A DNA stretch of 35,223 nucleotides from contig JBIKLZ010000006.1 of assembly GCA_044359535.1 (NCBI GenBank), positions 1 to 35,223 of the forward strand. Reading direction: 5' to 3'. This DNA comes from Chlamydiia bacterium (GTDB lineage: Bacteria > Chlamydiota > Chlamydiia > Chlamydiales > 2-12-FULL-49-11). The notes beneath the pieces are model-generated. The model saw only the letters and a list, made by a program, of their open reading frames with translations, made no database searches and was not told where the DNA came from. Shown here piece after piece: positions 1 through 8,340 of this stretch. Every line of letters starts with the position of its first letter. Position 1 is the first letter of the stretch. The position numbers and the translations under genes are program-made.

Positions 1-1721
1 AGACTGGCATAAGTTTTATCTAAAGCAATGAGTTCTTCATGGGTTCCCTGTTCTTCAATCCCTTTATCCGTCAGCACAAGAATTCTCTGAGCATTTCTGA
101 TCGTTGACAGGCGGTGCGCTATGACAAGCGTTGTGCGATTCTTCATCAATCTTTCAATGGAATTTTGCACAGCTCTTTCGCTTTCGTTATCAAGGCTGCT
201 AGTGGCTTCGTCGAAAATGATGATAGGCGGATTTTTTAGGAAGACGCGAGCGATGCTGATCCTTTGCTTTTGTCCTCCGGAGAGTTTAACTCCGCGCTGG
301 CCAATGTCTGTAGAATACCCATTTGGGAGCATCATAATAAAATCATGCGCATTGGCCTGTTTGGCTGCGGCGATGATTTCTTCTTCTGCAGCATCAGGTT
401 TTCCGTAGCGGATGTTTTCCAAAACCGTTCCGGAAAAAAGATAGATATCCTGCTGGACAAGGCCGATATTTTTCCTCAGCGATGTGAGCTTAAGACTTTT
501 AATATCTCGGCCGTCGACCAATATTTTCCCTTCGCTGGCCTCATAAAACCTTGGAATCAAAGAGCAAAGAGTCGTCTTTCCAACTCCTGAAAATCCAACC
601 AGGGCTACGTATTCTCCAACATTTATTTTCAGGGAGATATTTTTTAAAACATGGTCATAGCCCTCTCTATATTTAAAGCTGACCGCTTTAAATTCTATCT
701 CTCCACGAACCTGATCCAGTTCTTCAGCGTTCGGCGCATCTTGAATGTCCGGCTCCACTTCCAAAACATCCATAAAGCGGTTAAAACCTGTGACCCCTTG
801 TTGATACAACCGAATAAAATTGCCAAGTCGTTGAATCGGTTCTATTAGGATAACGATGTACAGGAGAAAAGTGAGCAGATCAGCTAGATCCATGGAGCCT
901 TTAACGATGCTTGCTCCTCCAAAAATGACAATTGAGACCGTCATGAGCTGAGTAAAAGAGATCAGCCCGTCATAGAAATAAGCCTCGGCCTTATAGCCTT
1001 TTCGCCTGCTCTCGAGGAAACGATTATTTTCAGAGGCGAATTTTTTCTTTTCGATTTCTTCATTGGTGAATGATTTGACTACTCTAATCCCTGCAAGAGT
1101 GTCTTCTACTTGCGCATTGATATCTCCGATCTTGTCGCTGCTCTTCTTTAATGCAGCGTACATTTTCTTGGCCGTATAAAATCCATAGATTCCCATAACA
1201 GGAACAAAAAGAAAGGCGATAAGAGCAAGTTTGGCATTGATGCTCATCAAGATGACAAATGCCCCGATGAAATTCAAAAAGGAAATGACCACGTCTTCCG
1301 GGCCGTGGTGGTAGAGTTCGGCAAGGTCAAATGTGTCATGGGAGATCCGGGTCATGAGCTGGCCGGTTTTATGCTCATCATAAAATTTGAAGGAGAGCTT
1401 TTGATAGTGATCGAACAGCTCGCTTCGCATATCTCTTTCCATCAAGGCCCCCATAACATGCCCTTGATAGTCGATAAATGCATGGCATGCTGCGTAAATA
1501 CCAATCAGGCCAAGCATAACGCCTCCCATCATGTAGATGTGATGGAGGGCACCTGCTGACCCACCCTGCAGCAAGTTGGCCGTGATGTACCGCACGCATA
1601 ACGGGATGGCCAGCATTGCTGCAGAGGCAATCACTGCGCACGCCATATCCGCGCTGAAAAGTCCAAGGTAGGGTCTGTAGTATGAAAAAAACTTTCTAAC
1701 TCGGGAAGGTTTTCGGCTCAT
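1..1721 (-). CDS. ABC exporter, fused permease + ATPase (MsbA/YwjA-like); 3' end runs off the window
   Basis: Not in the ORF track because it has no stop in the window. Manual translation from ATG 1721: MSRKPSRVRKFFSYYRPYLGLF..., TM helices, Walker A GFSGVGKTT, signature LSGGQKQR, Walker B IIIFDEATSSLD, H-loop IAHRLST. Start overlaps the upstream stop (ATGA). Confidence 0.93.
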   Translation of the reverse strand, partial: MSRKPSRVRKFFSYYRPYLGLFSADMACAVIASAAMLAIPLCVRYITANLLQGGSAGALHHIYMMGGVMLGLIGIYAACHAFIDYQGHVMGALMERDMRSELFDHYQKLSFKFYDEHKTGQLMTRISHDTFDLAELYHHGPEDVVISFLNFIGAFVILMSINAKLALIAFLFVPVMGIYGFYTAKKMYAALKKSSDKIGDINAQVEDTLAGIRVVKSFTNEEIEKKKFASENNRFLESRRKGYKAEAYFYDGLISFTQLMTVSIVIFGGASIVKGSMDLADLLTFLLYIVILIEPIQRLGNFIRLYQQGVTGFNRFMDVLEVEPDIQDAPNAEELDQVRGEIEFKAVSFKYREGYDHVLKNISLKINVGEYVALVGFSGVGKTTLCSLIPRFYEASEGKILVDGRDIKSLKLTSLRKNIGLVQQDIYLFSGTVLENIRYGKPDAAEEEIIAAAKQANAHDFIMMLPNGYSTDIGQRGVKLSGGQKQRISIARVFLKNPPIIIFDEATSSLDNESERAVQNSIERLMKNRTTLVIAHRLSTIRNAQRILVLTDKGIEEQGTHEELIALDKTYAS

Positions 1722-3154
1722 AAATATTTCCCCATCGCCCGGTCATCAGGGTGGGTAGCCTCTCCATCCGGATTATTGAACGGCATGTCTATGTACCCAA
1801 GCTTCTTGTAAAAAAGATAGGCATTCGGGGAAGCTTCAGTTTGAAAAAGCGTTATGCCTCTTTGCTTCAGTTCCTGCTGGCAATGATCCATCAAGTATTT
1901 TCCCATGCCACTGCCGCGCTTTTGTTCATCAATGACTATAATGCGCAGAGCCGCCCTATGATCCGGCCACATTTGCACATGGGCATACCCGATAACTTCA
2001 CCTCCATCGTATAAAAGCCAATGAAGATGATCTTTTTGATCTAATGCCCAAGCGTAAGGGTCTTGAATGTTCATCCGGTCAAAAAAATGCTTCTGCCTAA
2101 AATCAAGAGCTGATTTTTTCTCATTTTCAGAGGATATGAGGCGCGCTTGGCGGTAGACATCTGTTTTTAATGCTATGTCTACAACGCCATTTTGTTCAAA
2201 CATGTCCTTAAACTGTTCAAGCATTGTCGACCTCTCTTTGCCGCCGTCCGGCGTCAAAAGCAGGGCTTGTCCGTATTCTGCAATGTCTTCAACGATTCGT
2301 TCGTGTCGGTAATAGGCTAGGATGGCCCAGTTGATTTCAGTCTTCCCATATCCTTTATAAAAGAATTCTTCTTCGTGCCGATTATTCCAGACATTAGCCA
2401 CTCCCCCGCCAATAAACATGAGATCGCGCTCTTTGGGAGCCATAATAGGATCGTCCCAATCCACTATGAATATCGAGCCGCTTTCATCAATCAGCACGTT
2501 TCCGCCGTGGATGTCTGAATGGCACAGCACAAATTCAGGCGAGTGTTCTTGGATCTTTTGGCTTAAAGCTTCAGCCCGATCTACTAGATGATCGATTAAC
2601 TTTCTATGCTCCCGGATAAACGACTGCAGCTTTAAAGCCGTTTCATCACCGTTTAGGTTACTGTCAATATGAGCATACAGCGATCGAACAACTTTCCTCC
2701 ATTTATCCGAATAAGTTTCTTTTCTAATTAGATCTTTAAATGAAGGCGGCACATCAAATTCATGCACTTGCCTCAATACTTTACCTAGAACGGTCCATTG
2801 TTCGTCCGTTAGGCTATAGCAAAATCCGTTCTGTCCATTGACAAATGGATAAACAGTGAGAGTGGAATCGCCGATGTGCTGAGTCAGGCGGCCAGTGGTT
2901 GTTTTGATAGGCGGGATGATCTGTTGAATTCCTGAAGCCTGCAGCAAGGCTAATAGTGCAACGCTCATATCATAGCGATGGCCGCGCTTGAGCTTTACGA
3001 AATAAGACTGGCTGCTCTTTGTCTCAGCTTTATAGACAGACGCATTCATATCCGCTCCTATTGGAAGAAGTGTAAGTGCAGTAATTGCAAGGCCATAATT
3101 AGCCTTTAAGCAATCAATAATGGATTGAGATGAAAAAGGTTGCTTTTCTGTCAT
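1718..3154 (-). CDS. APH(9)-like (spectinomycin) aminoglycoside phosphotransferase fused to a C-terminal GNAT acetyltransferase
   Basis: Brenner motif LCHSDIHGGN, IVDWDDP, APKERDLMFIGGG and YYRHERIVEDIA resemble Legionella APH(9)-Ia as recalled. The last ~140 aa carry GNAT motif A (KRGSGMG) and FYKKLGY. Confidence 0.88.
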   Translation of the reverse strand: MTEKQPFSSQSIIDCLKANYGLAITALTLLPIGADMNASVYKAETKSSQSYFVKLKRGHRYDMSVALLALLQASGIQQIIPPIKTTTGRLTQHIGDSTLTVYPFVNGQNGFCYSLTDEQWTVLGKVLRQVHEFDVPPSFKDLIRKETYSDKWRKVVRSLYAHIDSNLNGDETALKLQSFIREHRKLIDHLVDRAEALSQKIQEHSPEFVLCHSDIHGGNVLIDESGSIFIVDWDDPIMAPKERDLMFIGGGVANVWNNRHEEEFFYKGYGKTEINWAILAYYRHERIVEDIAEYGQALLLTPDGGKERSTMLEQFKDMFEQNGVVDIALKTDVYRQARLISSENEKKSALDFRQKHFFDRMNIQDPYAWALDQKDHLHWLLYDGGEVIGYAHVQMWPDHRAALRIIVIDEQKRGSGMGKYLMDHCQQELKQRGITLFQTEASPNAYLFYKKLGYIDMPFNNPDGEATHPDDRAMGKYL

Positions 3155-4278
3155 GTTATTTTAATTAGGGGTTTTACAAGCCATAAAAGAAGATCGTCAT
3201 CAAGAGGGTAAGATTGACCAGCAACAGTAGATTCGCCCTTGTAAGTAATGCCACTACCCTCAGGAGTGTAGCCTAGTTGAAAGTAAAGTTGTTGTGCCGG
3301 GCCATAATCGCCATATAGTCCAACCCCAATTCCTATTTCATTATAGCCTTCTTGGCTTGCAAGCATTTCAATCCATTTGATTAACGCTGTACCAAGACCT
3401 TTCCTTCTATAATCTTCATCGATCCAAATTGCATTGATTTCAGGGATTTTCCTTTGCGCAAAGAAAGGGCACTCCGGTTTTCTGAGTAAACTGCCATAGC
3501 CTAGGATTTCGCCATCCTTTTCTATGACTGCAACTGTACGAACTTTGTCTTCTTGCTCCTGATAATATGCGTCCCAAAGAATCTGAGTCTTTTCAGGGGT
3601 TGACCATGGAAATGAGTAACGGCTGACTATTTTGGGAATATCGGTCTTATGCAAAGAGCGTATGAGAGGGTGTTGTTTGTCTTTATTTCTGTTCATGCCA
3701 CCAGCAGTTAGGGATTTGATCTTCAGAATGTTTTCATCAAGGGTTGCATGGTGGGTGTCTATTTCCAAGTCGTATATGGCATCAGCGTGCACTTTATGAA
3801 ATTGGCCGCGTGCCGATCCTACTATTCTGTTACCGCGCTCTTTTTCTCTTTGCTCTAGGACAGACAAAGGTGCGTTCACTCCAACCCATAAGACTGCGAA
3901 ATCTTTTAACAGCTCTTTCCATTCATCCACTTGTTTTTTACCAAAAGAAACATCATCGATGATGAGGTGATGTCCCATCTTTGCTAACGTAATCACTACT
4001 TCTTGAAGGGTTTTTGCTATTTTTTCAGCATAGGGACCTATTTGAAGTTCTTGAATAGGGTTGCCTGAGGCATCGGTGTCTTTTTTCCAGCTATATCCAA
4101 GGGAAGCTTCCCCTCCTGTCCAGTCGTTTACTTTTTCCGGCATCCAGCCAATGATTTCATCGATACCTACGTGCAGAAATAGATCATCAAATGCGTGTTG
4201 CAGGGCTTTAGCAAGTGTTGTTTTACCACTGCTTGATGGCCCATTGAGATAGATGATTTGTACATGGCTATTTGACAT
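3151..4278 (-). CDS. Chloramphenicol phosphotransferase (CPT)-like P-loop kinase fused to a C-terminal GNAT
   Basis: IIYLNGPSSSGKTT, LIIDDV, REKERGNR, YDLEIDT (CPT family); C-terminal RRKGLGT and GVGLYGDYGPAQQLY (GNAT). Confidence 0.85.
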   Translation of the reverse strand: MSNSHVQIIYLNGPSSSGKTTLAKALQHAFDDLFLHVGIDEIIGWMPEKVNDWTGGEASLGYSWKKDTDASGNPIQELQIGPYAEKIAKTLQEVVITLAKMGHHLIIDDVSFGKKQVDEWKELLKDFAVLWVGVNAPLSVLEQREKERGNRIVGSARGQFHKVHADAIYDLEIDTHHATLDENILKIKSLTAGGMNRNKDKQHPLIRSLHKTDIPKIVSRYSFPWSTPEKTQILWDAYYQEQEDKVRTVAVIEKDGEILGYGSLLRKPECPFFAQRKIPEINAIWIDEDYRRKGLGTALIKWIEMLASQEGYNEIGIGVGLYGDYGPAQQLYFQLGYTPEGSGITYKGESTVAGQSYPLDDDLLLWLVKPLIKIT

Positions 4279-4789
4279 GAGGCCCCCTAATGAATGTAAT
4301 AATTTTCAAGAGGATAGGTTCTTTCATTTTGCGATATTGATCTCCATTCTGATTTGCCATTTCTGCTGCTTCTTTTTTAACATCAGCGTACTCTTTCATG
4401 GCTTCCGGATGAGTCTTGAGGTAATCTCTAAATCCAATTAACTCCTTCCACTCTATGTGTTCAGGATAAGTCAAATGAACGTGGTACCTTCTATTTTCTT
4501 CTTCAGGATCAGGCAGGTAGGCGATGAAATAAAAGCGGTCCGGCGTGCTGAATGAAGGGCGGAATTCATAGCCGAGTTCTTGCAGTATACTTTTTGCTTC
4601 TTCCATACCGTCTTTCTCAACTGCAATCGCTATATCGATAATCCCTTTTCCACCCAGTCCTGGGACGGCAGCACTTCCAACATGTTCAATGGACGCAGGA
4701 AAGAGCACATGCGGCGAAATCCGAGCCTTTTCTTTTGCAAAGAGGCCAGGAAATAAGGGATTGTAAGGTTTGAATGCATATTTGCTCAT
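4268..4789 (-). CDS. GrpB/UPF0157 family nucleotidyltransferase-fold protein
   Basis: IEHVGSAAVPGLGGKGIIDI, HVHL, FRDYL, Y..K motifs. Confidence 0.88.
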   Translation of the reverse strand: MSKYAFKPYNPLFPGLFAKEKARISPHVLFPASIEHVGSAAVPGLGGKGIIDIAIAVEKDGMEEAKSILQELGYEFRPSFSTPDRFYFIAYLPDPEEENRRYHVHLTYPEHIEWKELIGFRDYLKTHPEAMKEYADVKKEAAEMANQNGDQYRKMKEPILLKIITFIRGPHVK

Positions 4790-4815
4790 GGCGTCTTTAA
4801 TTAATCGAGTAGAAA

Positions 4816-4844
4816 ATTTTACAACAAATCATAGCATTTACAAA
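4816..4844 (-). promoter_or_regulatory. Candidate sigma66/70 promoter for the grpB operon
   Basis: TTTGTA-N17-TAAAAT on the minus strand, ~27 nt upstream of ATG 4789. Confidence 0.35.
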
Positions 4845-4936
4845 GAGGAAATTCCAGAGAAAAAGATTAACAAATACTCTTTACCTGTTAGATGCTGTTG
4901 GTGTTCCTAGTAAAATGAAGATTTCAGCCTACCTGT

Positions 4937-5440
4937 ATGAAAAAACCGCATTTGAAAAAATTTGCTTTAATTGGACTGCCTGGAAGCGGTAAATCCACTT
5001 TTGCTTCCAAACTAGGGGGAATTCTAAAAATCCCAGTTCACCATCTGGACAGGCATATGTTCGAGCCTGGAGGGAAAAAAAGGGACAAACAAGAGTTTAT
5101 AGAAATCCAGAAAGCTATGCTCGATGAAGAAGCTTGGGTAGTTGAAGGATGTTCTTTTTCGACTTTCGAAATGAGATTTGCGAAGGCCGATATTTTGATG
5201 TATTTTCAGTTTTCTCGACTTATCTGCTTTTTTAGGCTTTTCAAAAGATTATTCAACTATGAAAAAGACTATGGTGGATTAAGAGCCGTTACTTGGGAGA
5301 TTTTGAAGTATACCTGGAACTTCGACAAGGAAAAAAGGGCTAGGATCGAAGAACTGAGAAAAAAGTATCCCCAAACAGAGTTTTTTATCTTTAAAAGCCA
5401 GAAAGACGCTAATAAATTTTTAGAATCTTTAGCTTTATAG
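4937..5440 (+). CDS. FlaR/topology-modulation-like P-loop kinase (adenylate kinase fold)
   Basis: IGLPGSGKSTFA, HHLD, WVVEG, ADIL motifs. Confidence 0.82.
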   Translation: MKKPHLKKFALIGLPGSGKSTFASKLGGILKIPVHHLDRHMFEPGGKKRDKQEFIEIQKAMLDEEAWVVEGCSFSTFEMRFAKADILMYFQFSRLICFFRLFKRLFNYEKDYGGLRAVTWEILKYTWNFDKEKRARIEELRKKYPQTEFFIFKSQKDANKFLESLAL

Positions 5441-5533
5441 GCGTCTTTTTATAAAAAAGTCCTCTATCGCTATAAAATCCATCAACAAACAGCGAATTTA
5501 CCGATTTGCTGCTCGATTAGCCATCTGTAATTT

Positions 5534-5818
5534 TTATTTGTCAGTTAAACATCGAGTATCGTAGACAAGCTCAATATTGGAAATTAAACCTTCTTGAAAA
5601 CTCAGCAAAGAGGCTGCTCGTAATTTTTTGGAAAGTCCTGGAATATCTACGTCATAGACAATCATCGCTTGATTTTCTGAACCAAATTTCTCATGAACGG
5701 CTAGGGTCTTAAAAATTCCCGTAAACCCTTTGGCTGCCTTAAGAACAGCTTCTCTACCCACCACCTTTTCCTGTGGATCGGCAAACTCGATATCAGGATG
5801 CACATATTTCTTCACCTC
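5534..5818 (-). pseudogene. SnoaL/NTF2-like protein, 5'-truncated
   Basis: HPDIEF...GREAV...FQEGLISNIELVYD is an NTF2-like pattern. The usual N-terminal helix is missing and the fragment abuts the beta-lactamase fragment directly. Confidence 0.65.
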
Positions 5819-5820
5819 TT

Positions 5821-6234
5821 AAACCACCCGTGTTCTAAAGTCTTTCCATCCTTTCCAATGTCAGAACCGCTCCATCCTGTTTTCCCAAACAATTTCCAGC
5901 CGTCGGGTGATACTTCCTTAAATAGAAGCGTTTTTGTCATCTGGATAGCAATAGATGAAATAGGAAGCTTTCCTAGGATCATTTTTTGAATGAAATTTAC
6001 TTCCTCTTTTGGGGAAATTGTTAAAGAAGAATTGATCCATACAGGGTCCTTCGATCCTGGTTGTGCCAACCCTCCAGACATATCCTTGTTCCCATATTCC
6101 ATAGAAATCAAATAGCCTTGGATTTTTTCCAACCCTAATTGCAGGCTTAAAATCTTCGAATACCAGACACAGGAATATTGCATCCAAGACTTTGGGGTGA
6201 GTGGAACTCTCCACGATGCAAGCCAATCATCATA
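5821..6234 (-). pseudogene. Class D (OXA-type) beta-lactamase, internal fragment
   Basis: SCVW (SxV), YGN, W..SSL.ISP.E, KTG and GWF are present. The signal peptide, catalytic STFK motif and the C-terminus after GWF are absent. Confidence 0.85.
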
Positions 6235-6785
6235 TTGTGGCATTAGAGAGGCAAGGAAAATGGGAGGATGTTGGTGTTGAATTGGCTAATGCGGCAAAAA
6301 CATTACAAGAGGGCGGCGCAGATTTTATCATTCTTTGTTGCAATACGTTACACAAGATGGCTTTGTCTATAGTGCAAACGGTAGAGGTCCCCTTCTTACA
6401 CATTGCTGACCCTGCGGGAACCATCCTAAAAGACAACGGTGTTCTTAGAGTGGGTTTGTTAGGCACTCAGTTTACAATGGAAGATGGGTTTTATGCATCT
6501 TGTCTTGCAGATAAGTTTGGTTTAGAAGTGATTGTTCCAAGTGAAGAGAATCGGAAGTGGCTGGATTCTGTTATTTATAACCAGTTATGTCAGGGAAAGA
6601 TTTTATCTGAATCCAAACAAAAATTGATCCAAATCATACAAGATTTAAAGAGAGAAGGGGCAGAGGCAGTTCTTCTTGGATGCACAGAACTAGGGATATT
6701 AATTCATGAAAATGACGTTGAGATCCCCATCTATGATACAACTTTGTTGCATGCTAATGAGGCGGCAAGTTGGAGCATAAGATGA
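6231..6785 (+). pseudogene. Aspartate/glutamate racemase family (YgeA/RacX-like), 5'-truncated
   Basis: GADFIILCCNTLH, HIAD, GLLGTQFTME, LGCTE, DTT.LHA. Lacks the N-terminal IG.IGGM.W.ST segment; the nominal start at 6201 lies in antisense beta-lactamase sequence. Confidence 0.8.
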
Positions 6786-6796
6786 ACATGTTCAAT

Positions 6797-6926
6797 AATG
6801 ATCGATGGATTCCTATCAAAGAAGCTCACGTTACTACGGACCACCTACACAGATTATTATGAATCACCGGATCAAGGCCATTTTGACGGGGACTATTACA
6901 AAGAAACTTTCCCCGAACTTTTAGAT
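6797..6926 (+). pseudogene. RBBP9/YdeN-like alpha/beta hydrolase, C-terminal remnant (frameshifted)
   Basis: Joining two frames near 6850 gives NDRWIPIKEAH...HLH/TDYYESPDQGHFDGDYYKETFPELL, resembling the DDPWIP...GHF...FPEL end of this family. Confidence 0.55.
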
Positions 6927-6933
6927 CCAATCA

Positions 6934-7033
6934 GTTGTGATTGGTGGGGGTATAGGAGGGTTAACGGCAGCATTTCGCTTACAAAAAGCAGGGGTGAACG
7001 TAGATCTTTATCAAGCGCGTGGTCGAATCGGAG
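6934..7033 (+). pseudogene. Flavin amine oxidase, N-terminal (Rossmann) remnant
   Basis: VVIGGGIGGLTAAFRLQKAGVNVDLYQARGRIGG aligns with VIGGGIAGLTTAYRLQQEGMNTHLYEARGRVGG in the intact 10817..12274 gene. Confidence 0.8.
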
Positions 7034-7145
7034 GTACATGTTCACCCCATTAAAGAACTTTTAAGTTACAATAAACATTAAATCTTTTAATATATTTGGT
7101 CATGAAGCCCACATTTGAAGAACTTGAAAAAAACCTCAGAGAGCT
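7034..7145 (+). mobile_element. IS66-family left-end remnant
   Basis: GTACATGTTCACCCC fits the GTA-NNN-GTTCA IS66 terminus and starts exactly where the oxidase homology stops. It is followed by ATG 7102 MKPTFEELEKNLREL, like the start of chlamydial IS66 transposases (recalled). Confidence 0.5.
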
Positions 7146-7313
7146 CGTGAAAATCGTTGTATTATGTCAAAAGCTCTTTTAAAAGTAGGTTTTGTAAATT
7201 ATCCCTATGAGTATTGGCATTGGTCTTATGGTGATCGACATTGGGCATATTGTACCAAGGTTCCTAATGCCATATATAGTAGCTTATCTGTCTATCAAGG
7301 AGTTATTGAATGA
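7143..7313 (+). pseudogene. D-Ala-D-Ala dipeptidase (M15D, VanX/DdpX-like), 3' remnant
   Basis: ARENRCIMSKALLKVGFVNYPYEYWHWSYGDRHWAY...; the E.WH.SYGD motif is diagnostic. Its TGA overlaps the phzF ATG. Confidence 0.75.
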
Positions 7314-8083
7314 AAATTTGGATTGTAGATGCATTTACCGATCAACCTTATAGAGGAAATCCTGCTGCAGTGGCGATTGTGGATGAGTTTCCCGATAAGG
7401 AGATTTGTCAAAAGATTGCAAATGAAATGAATTTGTCGGAAACGGCATTTGTTAAAAAGATGAGAGGTAATCACTTTCATCTTAGATGGTTTACCCCAAA
7501 AGTAGAAGTGAAACTTTGTGGTCATGCAACCCTTGCTTCAGCTCACATTCTTCACAGCCAAGCCATGATCGTTGGAAATGAAATTCACTTTGATTCTTTA
7601 AGCGGTTCTTTGAAAGTTTATGTTTCTCCATCACACTACACATTGGATTTCCCACTGCAAAAAACAGGTGAAACTATTGAGTTAGAGAAGCATTTTAAAG
7701 GTGTTGTCCAAGCTGTTAAAGCCTATGATGATGTGATTATTGAATTAGCTAATGAAGATGAGGTGCGGAATTACACTCCTTCAATTGTTGAATTAGAAAA
7801 AATTGATTGCCGTGGAGTAATTATAACAAGTAAGGGCAAAGATCGTTACGATTTTGTCTCACGTTTTTTTGCACCAAAGGTTGGGGTAAATGAAGACCCT
7901 GTTACTGGATCAGCTCATTGTAAATTGGCACATTATTGGGGAACAAAATTGAATAAAAAAGAATTTTTAGCTTATCAAGCATCTCCTCGTGGAGGCGAAA
8001 TAGAAATTTCTATTCATGATGAACGGGTCCATCTTAAAGGACAAGCCGTTACTATCTTAGAAGGTAAATGGAAGGTCATTTAA
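7310..8083 (+). CDS. PhzF family isomerase/epimerase
   Basis: VDAFT...GNPAAV, NLSETAF, RWFTP..EV.LCGHATLA, EDPVTGSAH, S.RGG. Confidence 0.92.
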   Translation: MKIWIVDAFTDQPYRGNPAAVAIVDEFPDKEICQKIANEMNLSETAFVKKMRGNHFHLRWFTPKVEVKLCGHATLASAHILHSQAMIVGNEIHFDSLSGSLKVYVSPSHYTLDFPLQKTGETIELEKHFKGVVQAVKAYDDVIIELANEDEVRNYTPSIVELEKIDCRGVIITSKGKDRYDFVSRFFAPKVGVNEDPVTGSAHCKLAHYWGTKLNKKEFLAYQASPRGGEIEISIHDERVHLKGQAVTILEGKWKVI

Positions 8084-8265
8084 GACGCCTAAACACATTG
8101 GTTTTGTCTTTAATGTTATCTTGCTATGTTTATGGCTCACAACCGCAAATAAACGAGCCACGCCTCTTATTAACACATTTAAGAGATGGTGATTATGCTC
8201 ATGCTGGTGATAAGAAGGCTATTGATTTAGTTATTTCTAAACTTTTAGAAATATCTCCTTCCTAA
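8068..8265 (+). pseudogene. Signal-peptide-bearing SAM-dependent methyltransferase, 5' remnant
   Basis: Hydrophobic leader then LRDGDYAHAGDKKAIDLV, recalled as the N-terminus of a class I methyltransferase family. It stops before any SAM-binding motif, next to an IS end. Confidence 0.45.
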
Positions 8266-8277
8266 TAAATTAGGAAA

Positions 8278-8327
8278 CAGACCATTTCTATGTAACCAAA
8301 TGGGGACATTTCTAAAAAACGGGTACA
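8278..8327 (+). mobile_element. IS1202/ISNCY-like right terminal inverted repeat remnant
   Basis: Two sub-terminal CATTTCTA boxes 24 nt apart; the outer one reads GGACATTTCTA-N10-ACA, the spacing typical of IS1202-group ends. Confidence 0.55.
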
Positions 8328-8340
8328 CACCCCCTATGGG

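Noticed and set aside
121..1641. Short ORFs 121..408, 264..590, 651..848, 1305..1559, 1378..1641
   Set aside because: Antisense or off-frame shadows of the ABC transporter gene.
5812..6243. Functional blaOXA resistance gene
   Set aside because: No signal peptide, no catalytic STFK serine, truncated C-terminus.
6991..7048. GGGGTGAAC...GTTCACCCC as a MITE or paired IS ends
   Set aside because: The left copy is in-frame oxidase coding sequence (G-V-N) and lacks the terminal TAC; probably coincidental.
6798..7064. 88-aa ORF as a real gene
   Set aside because: It is a chance read across hydrolase, oxidase and IS fragments in mixed frames.
1718..8327. Integron cassette array
   Set aside because: No integrase and no attC-like repeats; genes overlap or are in mixed orientation.
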